Part shown: positions 46,780-55,524 of the stretch, piece by piece
Layout of the letters: each line of letters starts with the position of its first letter
Numbering within the stretch: position 1 is the stretch's first letter
Source of the DNA: a virus
Lineage: Duplodnaviria; Caudoviricetes
DNA length: 55,767 bases
Virus record (IMG/VR): IMGVR_UViG_3300012943_000007
Coordinates: 1 to 55,767 of that record
Direction: 5' to 3' (one strand)
The notes under the pieces: model-generated
What the model was told of the DNA's origin: nothing
Database searches by the model: none
What the model saw: only the letters and a program-made list of their open reading frames with translations
Position numbers and translations under genes: made by a program

Positions 46780-47023
46780 GGTTGATATCCTCTTGCATCT
46801 GGCACGCGTCGGGCGAGCGTGCGGGACGTGGCGGGTTGAGCGGTTGAAGGCGTGGCGGCAATCGGACGGGAATGCTCGATTGCATTTGTTTAAGGATGGC
46901 GTTCATATCGCACCGGCAATAATTACCATTGCGACATAGACGCGTCCGAACCAAAAGCAGATCGTGCCGAAATTATCGACGACGGTTTGCGTGATCAGAA
47001 AGACGCCAGCGCCTTCGATGAAG

Positions 47024-47293
47024 TTACGCAAGGGGCACGCTGACGGCAGCGCGGCGAGCGTCCCGGCGCAATTCGGACGGGCTCTTGTGGCGCGGCCCGG
47101 TGCGCTCGGGATCGGGCGTGAACCGGCGTGCGAAAAACCGCGTCTGATCGGTCAGATCGTCGGCGCTCTTGCGCGAGCGGCGGGCGCCTTCGATGGTCGC
47201 GCGCTTGATCAGTTCGCCAAACGCTTTCGAATTGCCGCGACCGGCGAGAATTTCAAGATCGTGGGTTGAATATTTGCGGATAGGCTTAGGCAT
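47024..47293 (-). CDS. basic hypothetical protein
   Basis: AAAGGA SD. Confidence 0.55.
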   Translation of the reverse strand: MPKPIRKYSTHDLEILAGRGNSKAFGELIKRATIEGARRSRKSADDLTDQTRFFARRFTPDPERTGPRHKSPSELRRDARRAAVSVPLA

Positions 47294-47358
47294 GTCGGAT
47301 TATCCTTTCTAATCGTCCGAATACCGCCACGGCGCAATCCGTGGCGGCGGTGAGACGG

Positions 47359-47838
47359 TCAGAGCGCTTTGTAGGCTTTCGCAGCGCCCTCCATTGCGGT
47401 ATATTCGGACCGGTAACGTTCGCCGATCAAGGCTTTGTCGATGTACGCCGAATACGTGCTCCCGCTATGGTTGCGGTGGATTGTGATGAAATGAGTTGGA
47501 ATTTCCGCGACCCATTTGAACGAACCGATCCCGTGACGTGTTTTATACGCGCGCCATTCGATACCGCCTTGCGCGACGGCTTTGCGATGCGTCCTAGCAT
47601 ATCCCTCGGGAAGCGGCGCGACGGACGGCGTTTCGGTTTCCGACGGGTGCGGGGTGCGCGGGATCGGTTCGTTCCGTTCGACGATATCGAGGCAACGCAC
47701 TAGCTGATTTCGCACGTCGGCGAATGAACGCGTCCGACATTCTTCGGCGAACCAATCATGGATCACGCTCGAAACGTCGTTCAGTTCGGCGAGTTGGGCG
47801 GCTTGGAATTCGGTCAGTTCTGGCAATAGTTCCTCCAT
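47359..47838 (-). CDS. hypothetical protein
   Basis: ORF in early cluster. Confidence 0.55.
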   Translation of the reverse strand: MEELLPELTEFQAAQLAELNDVSSVIHDWFAEECRTRSFADVRNQLVRCLDIVERNEPIPRTPHPSETETPSVAPLPEGYARTHRKAVAQGGIEWRAYKTRHGIGSFKWVAEIPTHFITIHRNHSGSTYSAYIDKALIGERYRSEYTAMEGAAKAYKAL

Positions 47839-47880
47839 TGGAAGGGTTGCCGGGGATAGCGCCCCGGCTCGCGTGGCGGA

Positions 47881-48126
47881 TTAGTCGAGTTCGAAGTTCC
47901 CGAACGCTTCCTTAGCGCTATCGAGCGCGTCGCGAAGTGCGTCAAGGTTGTCACATTCTTCGCTTGCAGCTTCCCCCTTCTCGGTTTCTTGCCAGCGGTC
48001 GGAACGTTCGTCGAACTTGTCGCGATATTCCTGAGCCATTGTTTCGATGGTCGAATAAATTTCTTCGATCTTCGAAAGAGCTTCGCGGAGTTCCTTGGTA
48101 TCAGTTTTGTTAATCTGATCCTCCAT
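47881..48126 (-). CDS. acidic coiled-coil protein
   Basis: FDERSDRWQE.EKGE pattern; promoter upstream. Confidence 0.65.
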   Translation of the reverse strand: MEDQINKTDTKELREALSKIEEIYSTIETMAQEYRDKFDERSDRWQETEKGEAASEECDNLDALRDALDSAKEAFGNFELD

Positions 48127-48148
48127 TCGGCGCGGGATTGCGCCTCTG

Positions 48149-48664
48149 TTAGCTAGGTGATTTGGCGTCGGGTGTCAACTGCTTAATTGACTGGTATTTT
48201 TTCAGAGCGTCGAACATGGGATAAACCGGTTCGGACGCGCCGACTTTGATCATTTCCGGTTGGACGGTCAGCCATGCGGCGAAATCGTCGGCGGAACCGA
48301 GCGGCAATGGCGTATTCCGACGTTCTTTCAGTTCGGTCAGAAGTCGGATCGCGGTATCGATAGCGCCTTGAGACTGCGACGGCTCGCCGATATCCAGCGA
48401 AACGATATGCGTCGCGAGCCGTTGAACTTGGCTTTCGAGCGGTTCGTTATCAGCGAATACCGCTCCGGGGTTGTCGACGGTGACAGTTACCGGCGCATAT
48501 TTGTTGATCGTCACTTGCGGAGTTGTCATCTTTTCGAGCGCGTCGGCGATCCGGTGAAGGTCGGTCAGGGCGCCGCTTAGAACTGGCGCAATGGTGTCGG
48601 TCACTTCATGTGATGCGTTCAGAGCGGACAGCATGGTTAGAACGGCGTTATCGATTTTCGGCAT
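48149..48664 (-). CDS. hypothetical protein
   Basis: GAGGG SD. Confidence 0.6.
   Translation of the reverse strand: MPKIDNAVLTMLSALNASHEVTDTIAPVLSGALTDLHRIADALEKMTTPQVTINKYAPVTVTVDNPGAVFADNEPLESQVQRLATHIVSLDIGEPSQSQGAIDTAIRLLTELKERRNTPLPLGSADDFAAWLTVQPEMIKVGASEPVYPMFDALKKYQSIKQLTPDAKSPS
48151..48178 (-). promoter_or_regulatory. promoter TTGAC-N17-CTAGCT
   Basis: Spacing counted. Confidence 0.5.
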
Positions 48665-48684
48665 GGTAGGGGTTCCCTCAGTGG

Positions 48685-48975
48685 TTAGCAGACTTCATCG
48701 AAGTAGCGGTTTAGAAGATCATCGGTAAACGGCGGCGCGCTCGCTAGGATCGCTTGCCCTTCCGTATGCTCGCCGCAACAAACGGTTTCCAGATCGTCGC
48801 GAGACAATCCGTCTAACCATTCATCGATTGCGAAAAGAATGTCGTCGCTTTCCGGTTGGCGTTTTAGCCAGCGTGTGAATTGCTTGAATTGCTTTTCAAT
48901 CGAGCGGTCGCGATTAATACCGCCATTATCGAGTGCAATCAAACGACAGGCGCGAGCGATGTTCAGATATCTCAC
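48685..48975 (-). CDS. hypothetical protein
   Basis: GTGA coupling. Confidence 0.6.
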   Translation of the reverse strand: MRYLNIARACRLIALDNGGINRDRSIEKQFKQFTRWLKRQPESDDILFAIDEWLDGLSRDDLETVCCGEHTEGQAILASAPPFTDDLLNRYFDEVC

Positions 48976-49394
48976 TTAAAGACCCCTTGGGGTTTGATGA
49001 TATGGACGGGTTGAGGCGGGTTGCAAGAATTGTATTCTTCGATCAATGTTAGCATGTCGCCGGTTCCGTATTGACCGGGGAAGGCGATTAGAACGTTCGG
49101 ACGGATACGGTTGAACATATCACGATTGCGGATCGGTCCGGCGTCATTACCGAACATTAGCCAATTCGCTTCAATCTGCGCATGGCGTCCGGCTGGCAAA
49201 TATTCGTCGGCGTAAAGCCCGCACCCTTCATCGCCGCCCGTTTGGTTCCCTTCGGCTAGAACGGCAATCTCCCATTGCCCGGCGCCGAACAGCCGGTCGA
49301 GTTCGAACGTCAGACGCGACGCGAGCCAGTCGCGCACCTTGTAAGGGTTGAGCGAGCGCCCGCCGCAACCGACGATGCGAACGTGTTGGATCAT
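48972..49394 (-). CDS. SLOG / DUF2493 (YspA-like) protein
   Basis: VGCGGR, EG...GGD, ANW...G..AGPIRN..M, IAFPG..GT.DM. Confidence 0.8.
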   Translation of the reverse strand: MIQHVRIVGCGGRSLNPYKVRDWLASRLTFELDRLFGAGQWEIAVLAEGNQTGGDEGCGLYADEYLPAGRHAQIEANWLMFGNDAGPIRNRDMFNRIRPNVLIAFPGQYGTGDMLTLIEEYNSCNPPQPVHIIKPQGVFK

Positions 49395-49684
49395 AGCGAA
49401 CGGCTAATTCTCACGTCGGTAATACTGATGATCGTTGGCCTGCGAGCGCGGCGCGGGGCTTGCTCGATCCCTAGATCGTCGAGCATGGTCGCCATGTCGG
49501 GTGATATTGGCGCTTTGCGGATCGGCCAAGTGAACCGGGCGAACGACGTTCTATCGGCGCCGGGTCTGGCTAGGTCAAATGCGCCGATGTAATCGAACGG
49601 CTTATGTAGATCAATTTTGCCGCCTTCTGCGAACCTGCGGCGCAAGTCGTCCCATAGCGGCGATCCGGGCGGTGGGGTTGCCAT
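49391..49684 (-). CDS. hypothetical protein
   Basis: Coupled ORF. Confidence 0.45.
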   Translation of the reverse strand: MATPPPGSPLWDDLRRRFAEGGKIDLHKPFDYIGAFDLARPGADRTSFARFTWPIRKAPISPDMATMLDDLGIEQAPRRARRPTIISITDVRISRSL

Positions 49685-49685
49685 G

Positions 49686-49883
49686 TTACCAATACCGCCA
49701 TGATAGACGGATCAGAGCGACAAGCCCGCCAAGCAATGCGAACGTCGTCAGGTCGCGCCAGATGATCACGGCGGCGAGTGTCAGGACGATGATCGCGAGC
49801 GACCAACCGAGATATTGGTTCCCGGTCAACGGGTTCGGGTTACCGCGATGACCGCGCATGAATAGGCCGACGATTGCGTTCAT
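49686..49883 (-). CDS. small membrane protein
   Basis: Two hydrophobic segments. Confidence 0.55.
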   Translation of the reverse strand: MNAIVGLFMRGHRGNPNPLTGNQYLGWSLAIIVLTLAAVIIWRDLTTFALLGGLVALIRLSWRYW

Positions 49884-50380
49884 TCCGGGTTCAGCTTTCC
49901 AAGCGACTTGGCAAACGCCAGCGGGTCGAATATTTGCGCGTTGAGGGATTGAGCGAGCGCGAGCGGATCGAATGCCGGGGCGGCTGGCGGATGGTCGCGA
50001 CCATTGTCAAAACCCGTATCGTTACTGGCAGCGTCGGCATGGGATACGACACGCGTCGGCTTGCTTTCGTATTTCTCGCGATAGGAATGATCCCATTGAA
50101 TTTTACTGGCGGTATTCTCGCCGCCCCATTCGTGCCATGGTTGCGCACGCTGTTCATCCGATGGAACCGTTACGAGTTGGTTCGTTTCGAGCCAGCGGCG
50201 AACGGCTTCCATCGCCCCGGCGCGGAATTCAAACGATACGTCGAACATCGGCGACATGGTTGATCCGTCGAGCGAACGGTTCGGTTCGAAACCGAAGTCG
50301 GTCTTGATCAGAAAGATGGTTGATCCATCCGACAAATGCATAATGTCGATATCATCTTGAACGGTGATCCATTCTTTCAT
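49880..50380 (-). CDS. hypothetical protein
   Basis: ATGA coupled. Confidence 0.55.
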   Translation of the reverse strand: MKEWITVQDDIDIMHLSDGSTIFLIKTDFGFEPNRSLDGSTMSPMFDVSFEFRAGAMEAVRRWLETNQLVTVPSDEQRAQPWHEWGGENTASKIQWDHSYREKYESKPTRVVSHADAASNDTGFDNGRDHPPAAPAFDPLALAQSLNAQIFDPLAFAKSLGKLNPE

Positions 50381-50712
50381 TTCGGTTCCTCTAGAATGTC
50401 GTAAAGCCTTCCGCGAAGATCAGGCATACGGAACGCTTCGGCGATATGCCCATCTTTGCCGGTCAGCGCTTTTCCAAGTTCCGGATAATGCATACGCAAG
50501 AGCGCTTGCCCACGCGCTAAAAGCCATTCGGAACCCGTGAACATCTTGTAAACGACAAAGCCGTTTGGTTGAACGAATGGGAGAATGGTTCCCGCCACTG
50601 GTAGCACGATCAGACGCGGCGCTGCGATCCGCATGATATTATCAGCGCGGACGACGGCAGGCGCGGCGAGCGTTGCACCTAGACCTAGCAGGAATGCGCG
50701 GCGGTTAGTCAT
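50377..50712 (-). CDS. Tat-like leader fused to tail-collar-like domain
   Basis: MTNRRAFLLGLGATLAAPAVVRA; PVAGTILPF...WLLARGQALLR.HYPEL...FRMPDLRGR. Confidence 0.65.
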   Translation of the reverse strand: MTNRRAFLLGLGATLAAPAVVRADNIMRIAAPRLIVLPVAGTILPFVQPNGFVVYKMFTGSEWLLARGQALLRMHYPELGKALTGKDGHIAEAFRMPDLRGRLYDILEEPK

Positions 50713-50860
50713 TTAAACCGCTCCAATAGCTTTTTCGTTTCGAGCGCGGCTTGACGGCATTCGCTGTTACCGACGACGGGTTTGCCGTTATGGATTAGCA
50801 ATTGCGTCATACCGTCTAGAATGACGCTTTGATTGCGCAGGATTTGCAGAAGCAAAGCTT

Positions 50861-51184
50861 TCATTTCCGATACTTCCGAATGTTGCCAGCGCGAGCGGCT
50901 TGCGATTGCTGGAAGCGCTCTAGCGGTGTGCGTTTATGGGATGGTTTCTCGCGCGGTTCGAAGCGCAGGGGTTCGATGGGATCGGGGCTCGATAGAATGA
51001 AAACGGGCTGACCGTGTTTGTCGACAGTTTCGATATCGAGAATGCGTCCGGCTTTGCCGCTGGTGATGATTATGAAATGATCGCCTTTTTCTATGCGACC
51101 GTATTCTAAACGTTCGTCCCGATCAGCCGCGTCAAGTATCTCGCGGATTTTCGCTAGTTCGTTCGGATCAGGTATGCCGCTCAA
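50861..51184 (-). CDS. hypothetical protein
   Basis: GGAGGA SD before TTG. Confidence 0.6.
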   Translation of the reverse strand: MSGIPDPNELAKIREILDAADRDERLEYGRIEKGDHFIIITSGKAGRILDIETVDKHGQPVFILSSPDPIEPLRFEPREKPSHKRTPLERFQQSQAARAGNIRKYRK

Positions 51185-51227
51185 TCATTCCTCCGTTAAG
51201 TACCGCCCGGACCGATGATCCGGGCGG

Positions 51228-51280
51228 CTTGGCGCAACCCCTTACGGATGCGTCTTGGCGCAACCCCTTACCGGATGCGT
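51228..51280. repeat. tandem 26/27-bp direct repeat in divergent intergenic region
   Basis: cttggcgcaacccctta(c)cggatgcgt x2. Confidence 0.85.
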
Positions 51281-51402
51281 CGCCCTTGTCGCTCTAGGCT
51301 TGCGAGGTGTCAAGCGGTTTTTGTCACTATTGTCAAGATTGTAACATTGCCAAATCAGCGGGGGTTATCGTATCGCTCGGGACAGGTAGCGGGAAACCCC
51401 AT

Positions 51403-51606
51403 ATGTTATCAGTGGTTAGCGAAACGGACGTTGCGGAAGCAACGTTGCGGATCGGCGATTTGACGACGCGATTTCGCGTTAAACGACAAACCATTTATCG
51501 TTGGATGAAATTTAACGGGTTTCCTAAACCCGTGACGATCAATCCGCGCGTTATCCGCTGGAAGCCGTCCGACGTTGATGCATGGGCGGTACTCCATGCA
51601 TATTGA
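51403..51606 (+). CDS. AlpA/excisionase-like HTH protein
   Basis: LRIGDL..RF.V.RQTIYRWMK...FPKPV......RW..SDV.AW. Confidence 0.85.
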   Translation: MLSVVSETDVAEATLRIGDLTTRFRVKRQTIYRWMKFNGFPKPVTINPRVIRWKPSDVDAWAVLHAY

Positions 51607-53902
51607 TCATACTATTGCATTTCTAGACGCGCTTGCCGGTCGCGATACGGTCTATGACTGGCGCTTGATCCATGATGTTGATCGGTCCCGTGCTGGCGTA
51701 TCGTTGCGCGGAACGTTTGAACAGGTTGTCGGTTCGCTCGATCAGTATAACGCCGCTGGCTATGGCGTGTTTATCGTCGTCAATGAGACGGACGGGCGCG
51801 GGGCGCTTACTGAGAACGTCACGGCGATCCGCGCACATATCGTTGATGTTGATAGCGATGCGGATTGGACGACATGGCGGGCGCTCGGGCAATGGGATTT
51901 GCCGCCTAGTTTCTTTGTGGTTTCCAGCGCTGGCAAGTATCATGCTTACTGGCTTATGGAACGTTATTCCGATAACGCTCGATACGAACAGCTACAGCGC
52001 AAGTTAGTGACGCGCTGGAATTCCGATCCGTCCGTCATTGATCCGCCGCGCGTTATGCGTGTTCCGGGTTCAATGCATATGAAGGTTCCGGCGTCGCCGG
52101 TAATCGTGCAATATGTCGCGGGCTCGGGCAAGCGCTACAGCTTAGGTCAAATCGAATGGCCGCTGGCGAGTGTGCAAGCGGCTGGCGGTGGTGCTGATAC
52201 GGTTGAGCTAGGTGCGGCAGGGCTTGCGGCGCCGTCGTTCGAATGGGCGAAATATGCGCTATCGAAAGTCGATCCTAATCAGCTAGATCGCGCCGAATGG
52301 ATCAAGCTAACAGCGGCGTTCAAACAGGCGGCTTGGTCCCATGCGGATGAAGCCAGCATAACGAATGCTTGGTTAGAATGGTGCGCGCAGTATCAGGAAA
52401 ACGATCCCGGCGAGAATAATAAGCAGTGGCGTTCGATCCGGCAGACGAAAACCGGTTGGGGTTATCTGGCTAGGGTATCTGGCGCCGATGCTGATTATAA
52501 GTTCGGACCGGCGAGCGAGCGGGTCGTTACGCCGATGGTGCCCGCTAGCGGTCCGGTCAGTGGTCAACCGGTTATTCCGACGCCGCAATTGCGCTCGGGA
52601 TCGGCGCTACTAACGCCGCAGGAACAGCTTAATTATTTCGCCGGGTGCGTCTATGTCGAAATGCTGGATCGCATTCTAACGCCAAATATGCGGTTCATGG
52701 GACCGGGCGGGTTCAACGCGTCGTACGGTGGCTATAGCTTTATCATTACGTCGGATGGTAAGGCGAGCGATGAACCTTGGAAAGCGGCGACGCGCGGGCA
52801 AGTGTTTCAGGTTCCCAAGGTCGATCATATCCGGTTCATTCCGACAATCGAGCCGGGTGCGGTTCTAGAGGATGAACTAGGGCGCAAGGGGATCAACGTT
52901 TATCGTCCGGCGAATGTGGTTTTAGAGGAAGGCGACGCGTCGGCGTTCGTCACATTCCTGCGGGTGTTTCTCGCCGATGAATTAGACGTTCGGATTATGC
53001 TTTCGTATCTGGCGCATTGTGTGCAACGTCCGGGTGTGAAAGCGCGTTGGGCGCCAGTCATTCAATCGATGGAAGGCGGCGGCAAGGGCTTGATCAGTGA
53101 GGCGCTATCGTATGCGGTCGGATCGATCTATACATATCAGCCGAACGCGCAGCTACTCAGTGATAGCGGATCGAAGTTCAACGCATGGATGCGCAATCGG
53201 CTGTTGATCATTGCGAATGAGATACGCACGGATGATCGGCGCGACATGCTCGAAATCCTGAAACCGTTGATTACCGAAGAAAGGATCGAGGTTCAGGGTA
53301 AGGGTGTTGATCAGGATATGGAAGATATGCCCGCCAATTGGATCATGTTTACCAATTGGAAAGATGCGATCCCGATCAAGCGCGACAGTCGGCGTTATGC
53401 GATCATGTATTCGAAATTACAGGACGTGAGCGATCTTGCAAAATACGGCGTCGACGGGGATTATTTCCCGGCGATGTATAAATGGCTTCGCGCTGACGGT
53501 AAGCGCGTGGTCGCTTGGTTCCTAAAGAACTATCCAATCGAGCCGGAGTTTGATCCTATGGTCAAGGCACATAGAGCGCCCGCAACGTCGTCGCTGGTTG
53601 AAGCGCTGGCGCAGTCGCACGGGCCGATAGAACAGCGCATTGCAGAGGCGGTCAGCGAGGGTTGGCCGGGGTTCCGGAACGGCTGGCTTTCGTCCGTCAT
53701 GGTCAAAAAGATGCTTGACGATGCTAAAATTCGTTATGCGCCTGCAACGCTAAAAAATGCGTATTATAATTTGGGATATTTTGAAATTGGTCGGGCTCCG
53801 AGGGCGTATTTTCAGGAAGATGGAAAACAGCCGGGATTATATAATTTGGAAAAATCGGCTAAAGTTGGGGATTATGCTCGGGCGCAGGGTTATGACGTGT
53901 GA
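51596..53902 (+). CDS. primase-helicase (RepB-like AEP, PriCT-2, SF3-like NTPase)
   Basis: VDVD, S.GKYHAYW, D..RVMRVPG; EWIKL..A.K; EGGGKG, IANE, MFTN, SRRY. Confidence 0.88.
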   Translation: MHIDHTIAFLDALAGRDTVYDWRLIHDVDRSRAGVSLRGTFEQVVGSLDQYNAAGYGVFIVVNETDGRGALTENVTAIRAHIVDVDSDADWTTWRALGQWDLPPSFFVVSSAGKYHAYWLMERYSDNARYEQLQRKLVTRWNSDPSVIDPPRVMRVPGSMHMKVPASPVIVQYVAGSGKRYSLGQIEWPLASVQAAGGGADTVELGAAGLAAPSFEWAKYALSKVDPNQLDRAEWIKLTAAFKQAAWSHADEASITNAWLEWCAQYQENDPGENNKQWRSIRQTKTGWGYLARVSGADADYKFGPASERVVTPMVPASGPVSGQPVIPTPQLRSGSALLTPQEQLNYFAGCVYVEMLDRILTPNMRFMGPGGFNASYGGYSFIITSDGKASDEPWKAATRGQVFQVPKVDHIRFIPTIEPGAVLEDELGRKGINVYRPANVVLEEGDASAFVTFLRVFLADELDVRIMLSYLAHCVQRPGVKARWAPVIQSMEGGGKGLISEALSYAVGSIYTYQPNAQLLSDSGSKFNAWMRNRLLIIANEIRTDDRRDMLEILKPLITEERIEVQGKGVDQDMEDMPANWIMFTNWKDAIPIKRDSRRYAIMYSKLQDVSDLAKYGVDGDYFPAMYKWLRADGKRVVAWFLKNYPIEPEFDPMVKAHRAPATSSLVEALAQSHGPIEQRIAEAVSEGWPGFRNGWLSSVMVKKMLDDAKIRYAPATLKNAYYNLGYFEIGRAPRAYFQEDGKQPGLYNLEKSAKVGDYARAQGYDV

Positions 53903-53909
53903 ACCGTTG

Positions 53910-54270
53910 GTTTGACTTCGACAAACGGGTCGTTGCCGCTAGGTTACCGTTATTCTTACCGTTATTCGTTGGTTCAATTCGTAACCCTTTGATTTTGTTA
54001 GCGTTTTAGACGTGTATAATTTAAAAACTGAGTAAAACTCGGTAAACTCGGTAAAAACTCCCCTTTTCGCTCATAAACGCGCTTATAATTATATAACGCG
54101 TATTATCGCGGGCGCCGCTCGATCTTCTATATTTTCTCCTTTTTATTATATCTCTAACTATAGAGTTCTTACCGAAGTTACCGAGTTGAAACCCTGTGTC
54201 CCTAGAGAAACCTAGGGAAAATGACTTCGACAGAGAAACGTTTTTTACGAGTTCTTACCGAAGTTTGCCG
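53910..54270. other. putative replication origin (or packaging-initiation region)
   Basis: AT-rich noncoding stretch with TTACCG/CGGTAA-core repeats in both orientations and an IHF consensus at 53982-53994. Confidence 0.6.
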
Positions 54271-54384
54271 TTGAACGACGTTTTGAATAGCGTTCTAATT
54301 CGTCCGGATTGATCAGATCGTGAATTGTGGAATTCTGTTTTAGAGGTTGACGGATCAGTGATCCGCGTCCATACGTCGGGAACT

Positions 54385-55005
54385 ATGGGTAATCAGGTTG
54401 CTATCGTTGAAGGGATCAAGGCGCGTTCGGCTTACGACAGTTTGTCGCGGGCTAAGCAAGCGTTCGTCGATAACTTCATTGCCTGCGGCGACGCGGCGAC
54501 GGCTTACGGTCAAGTGTTCCCCGGTGCGTCGAGTTCGACGGCTATCGCATGGGCTCGCGACCCGGTAATTCAGGCGGCACTATACGAACGGCTGATGGTC
54601 CTAAGCGAGCGCGCGGACGTGACGCTAGAGCGTGTGCTAGCTGAGATTGGCCGGATCGCGACAAGCAATATCAAGCGGTTTCTAAAGGTCGACGCGAGCG
54701 ATAAAGTCGTTATCGACGCCAAGGGTAATCCGACATGGGATTTTGCCAAGGTATCGGATGATGATTGGTCGAACGTTAAATCGCTTAAAATCAAAACGAG
54801 CGATAAAGGCGTGACGGAAACGACGCTTGAATTGTATTCTAAACTTGACGGTTTGGATAAGCTGATGAAACGTTACGGCGCTTATGCGCCTGAACGTCAT
54901 ATTCATACGGGCTCGATTGAAGTCACGAACATGAACGTTTCGATGACGCCGGAACAATTGGCGGAAATGTATGCGGCTCGGTTGCAGGGTGGATCAGAGG
55001 AATGA
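54385..55005 (+). CDS. terS: terminase small subunit
   Basis: KQAFVDNF...DA..AY...P.IQ...VTLERVLAEI.RIA...LYSKLDGLDKL. Confidence 0.85.
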   Translation: MGNQVAIVEGIKARSAYDSLSRAKQAFVDNFIACGDAATAYGQVFPGASSSTAIAWARDPVIQAALYERLMVLSERADVTLERVLAEIGRIATSNIKRFLKVDASDKVVIDAKGNPTWDFAKVSDDDWSNVKSLKIKTSDKGVTETTLELYSKLDGLDKLMKRYGAYAPERHIHTGSIEVTNMNVSMTPEQLAEMYAARLQGGSEE

Positions 55006-55310
55006 ATTTACCGCCAGACTTCAAACAGTTCGAACAGTTCAGCGGCCCGGCGCGTTGCTCCCATGAGGATTGCATTGCGCCCGCTCGGTTCATCCTTGAA
55101 ATTACGATGTGGGCAAAGGGTTATCCGAAAACGTCGACGCCGTTGAAATCGCGTTTCAGTATCAAGGTTTGTCCGAACCATACTTACGATGTGAAAGCAA
55201 CGGGGTTTTGGACGGATGAAGGGAAAGACATGATCCGACAGGCGATAAAAGCAGTCGGAACGGCTGAACCGGATTTCGACACGGCAGAATTCGAATGGGT
55301 GCCTCTGTAA
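55002..55310 (+). CDS. small Cys-containing protein
   Basis: C...C...CP.H; GAGGA SD. Confidence 0.6.
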   Translation: MNLPPDFKQFEQFSGPARCSHEDCIAPARFILEITMWAKGYPKTSTPLKSRFSIKVCPNHTYDVKATGFWTDEGKDMIRQAIKAVGTAEPDFDTAEFEWVPL

Positions 55311-55311
55311 A

Positions 55312-55524
55312 ATGGAACGTCGTTATACGATGGCGGAAATTACCGCTGCGATGGCACCTGCGTTAGAGCGTGCTAAAAAAGAACAGTCGGTCGAACGTGC
55401 GTTGTTTCTGTTCAGTGATACGACAATCGAGGGTTTGAAGGGTGAACAATTACGAACTGAACATCATCGCTCAAGAGGCGCTGAACCTGCTTTGCGGAAA
55501 AGAGCTAGGCGCGGGAATTCATAG
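55312..55524 (+). CDS. hypothetical protein
   Basis: ORF; 3' part overlaps next gene. Confidence 0.4.
   Translation: MERRYTMAEITAAMAPALERAKKEQSVERALFLFSDTTIEGLKGEQLRTEHHRSRGAEPALRKRARRGNS

Noticed and set aside
51403-51606. AlpA/Xis-like gene as evidence of lysogeny
   Set aside because: No integrase, att site, partition genes or CI-like repressor found.
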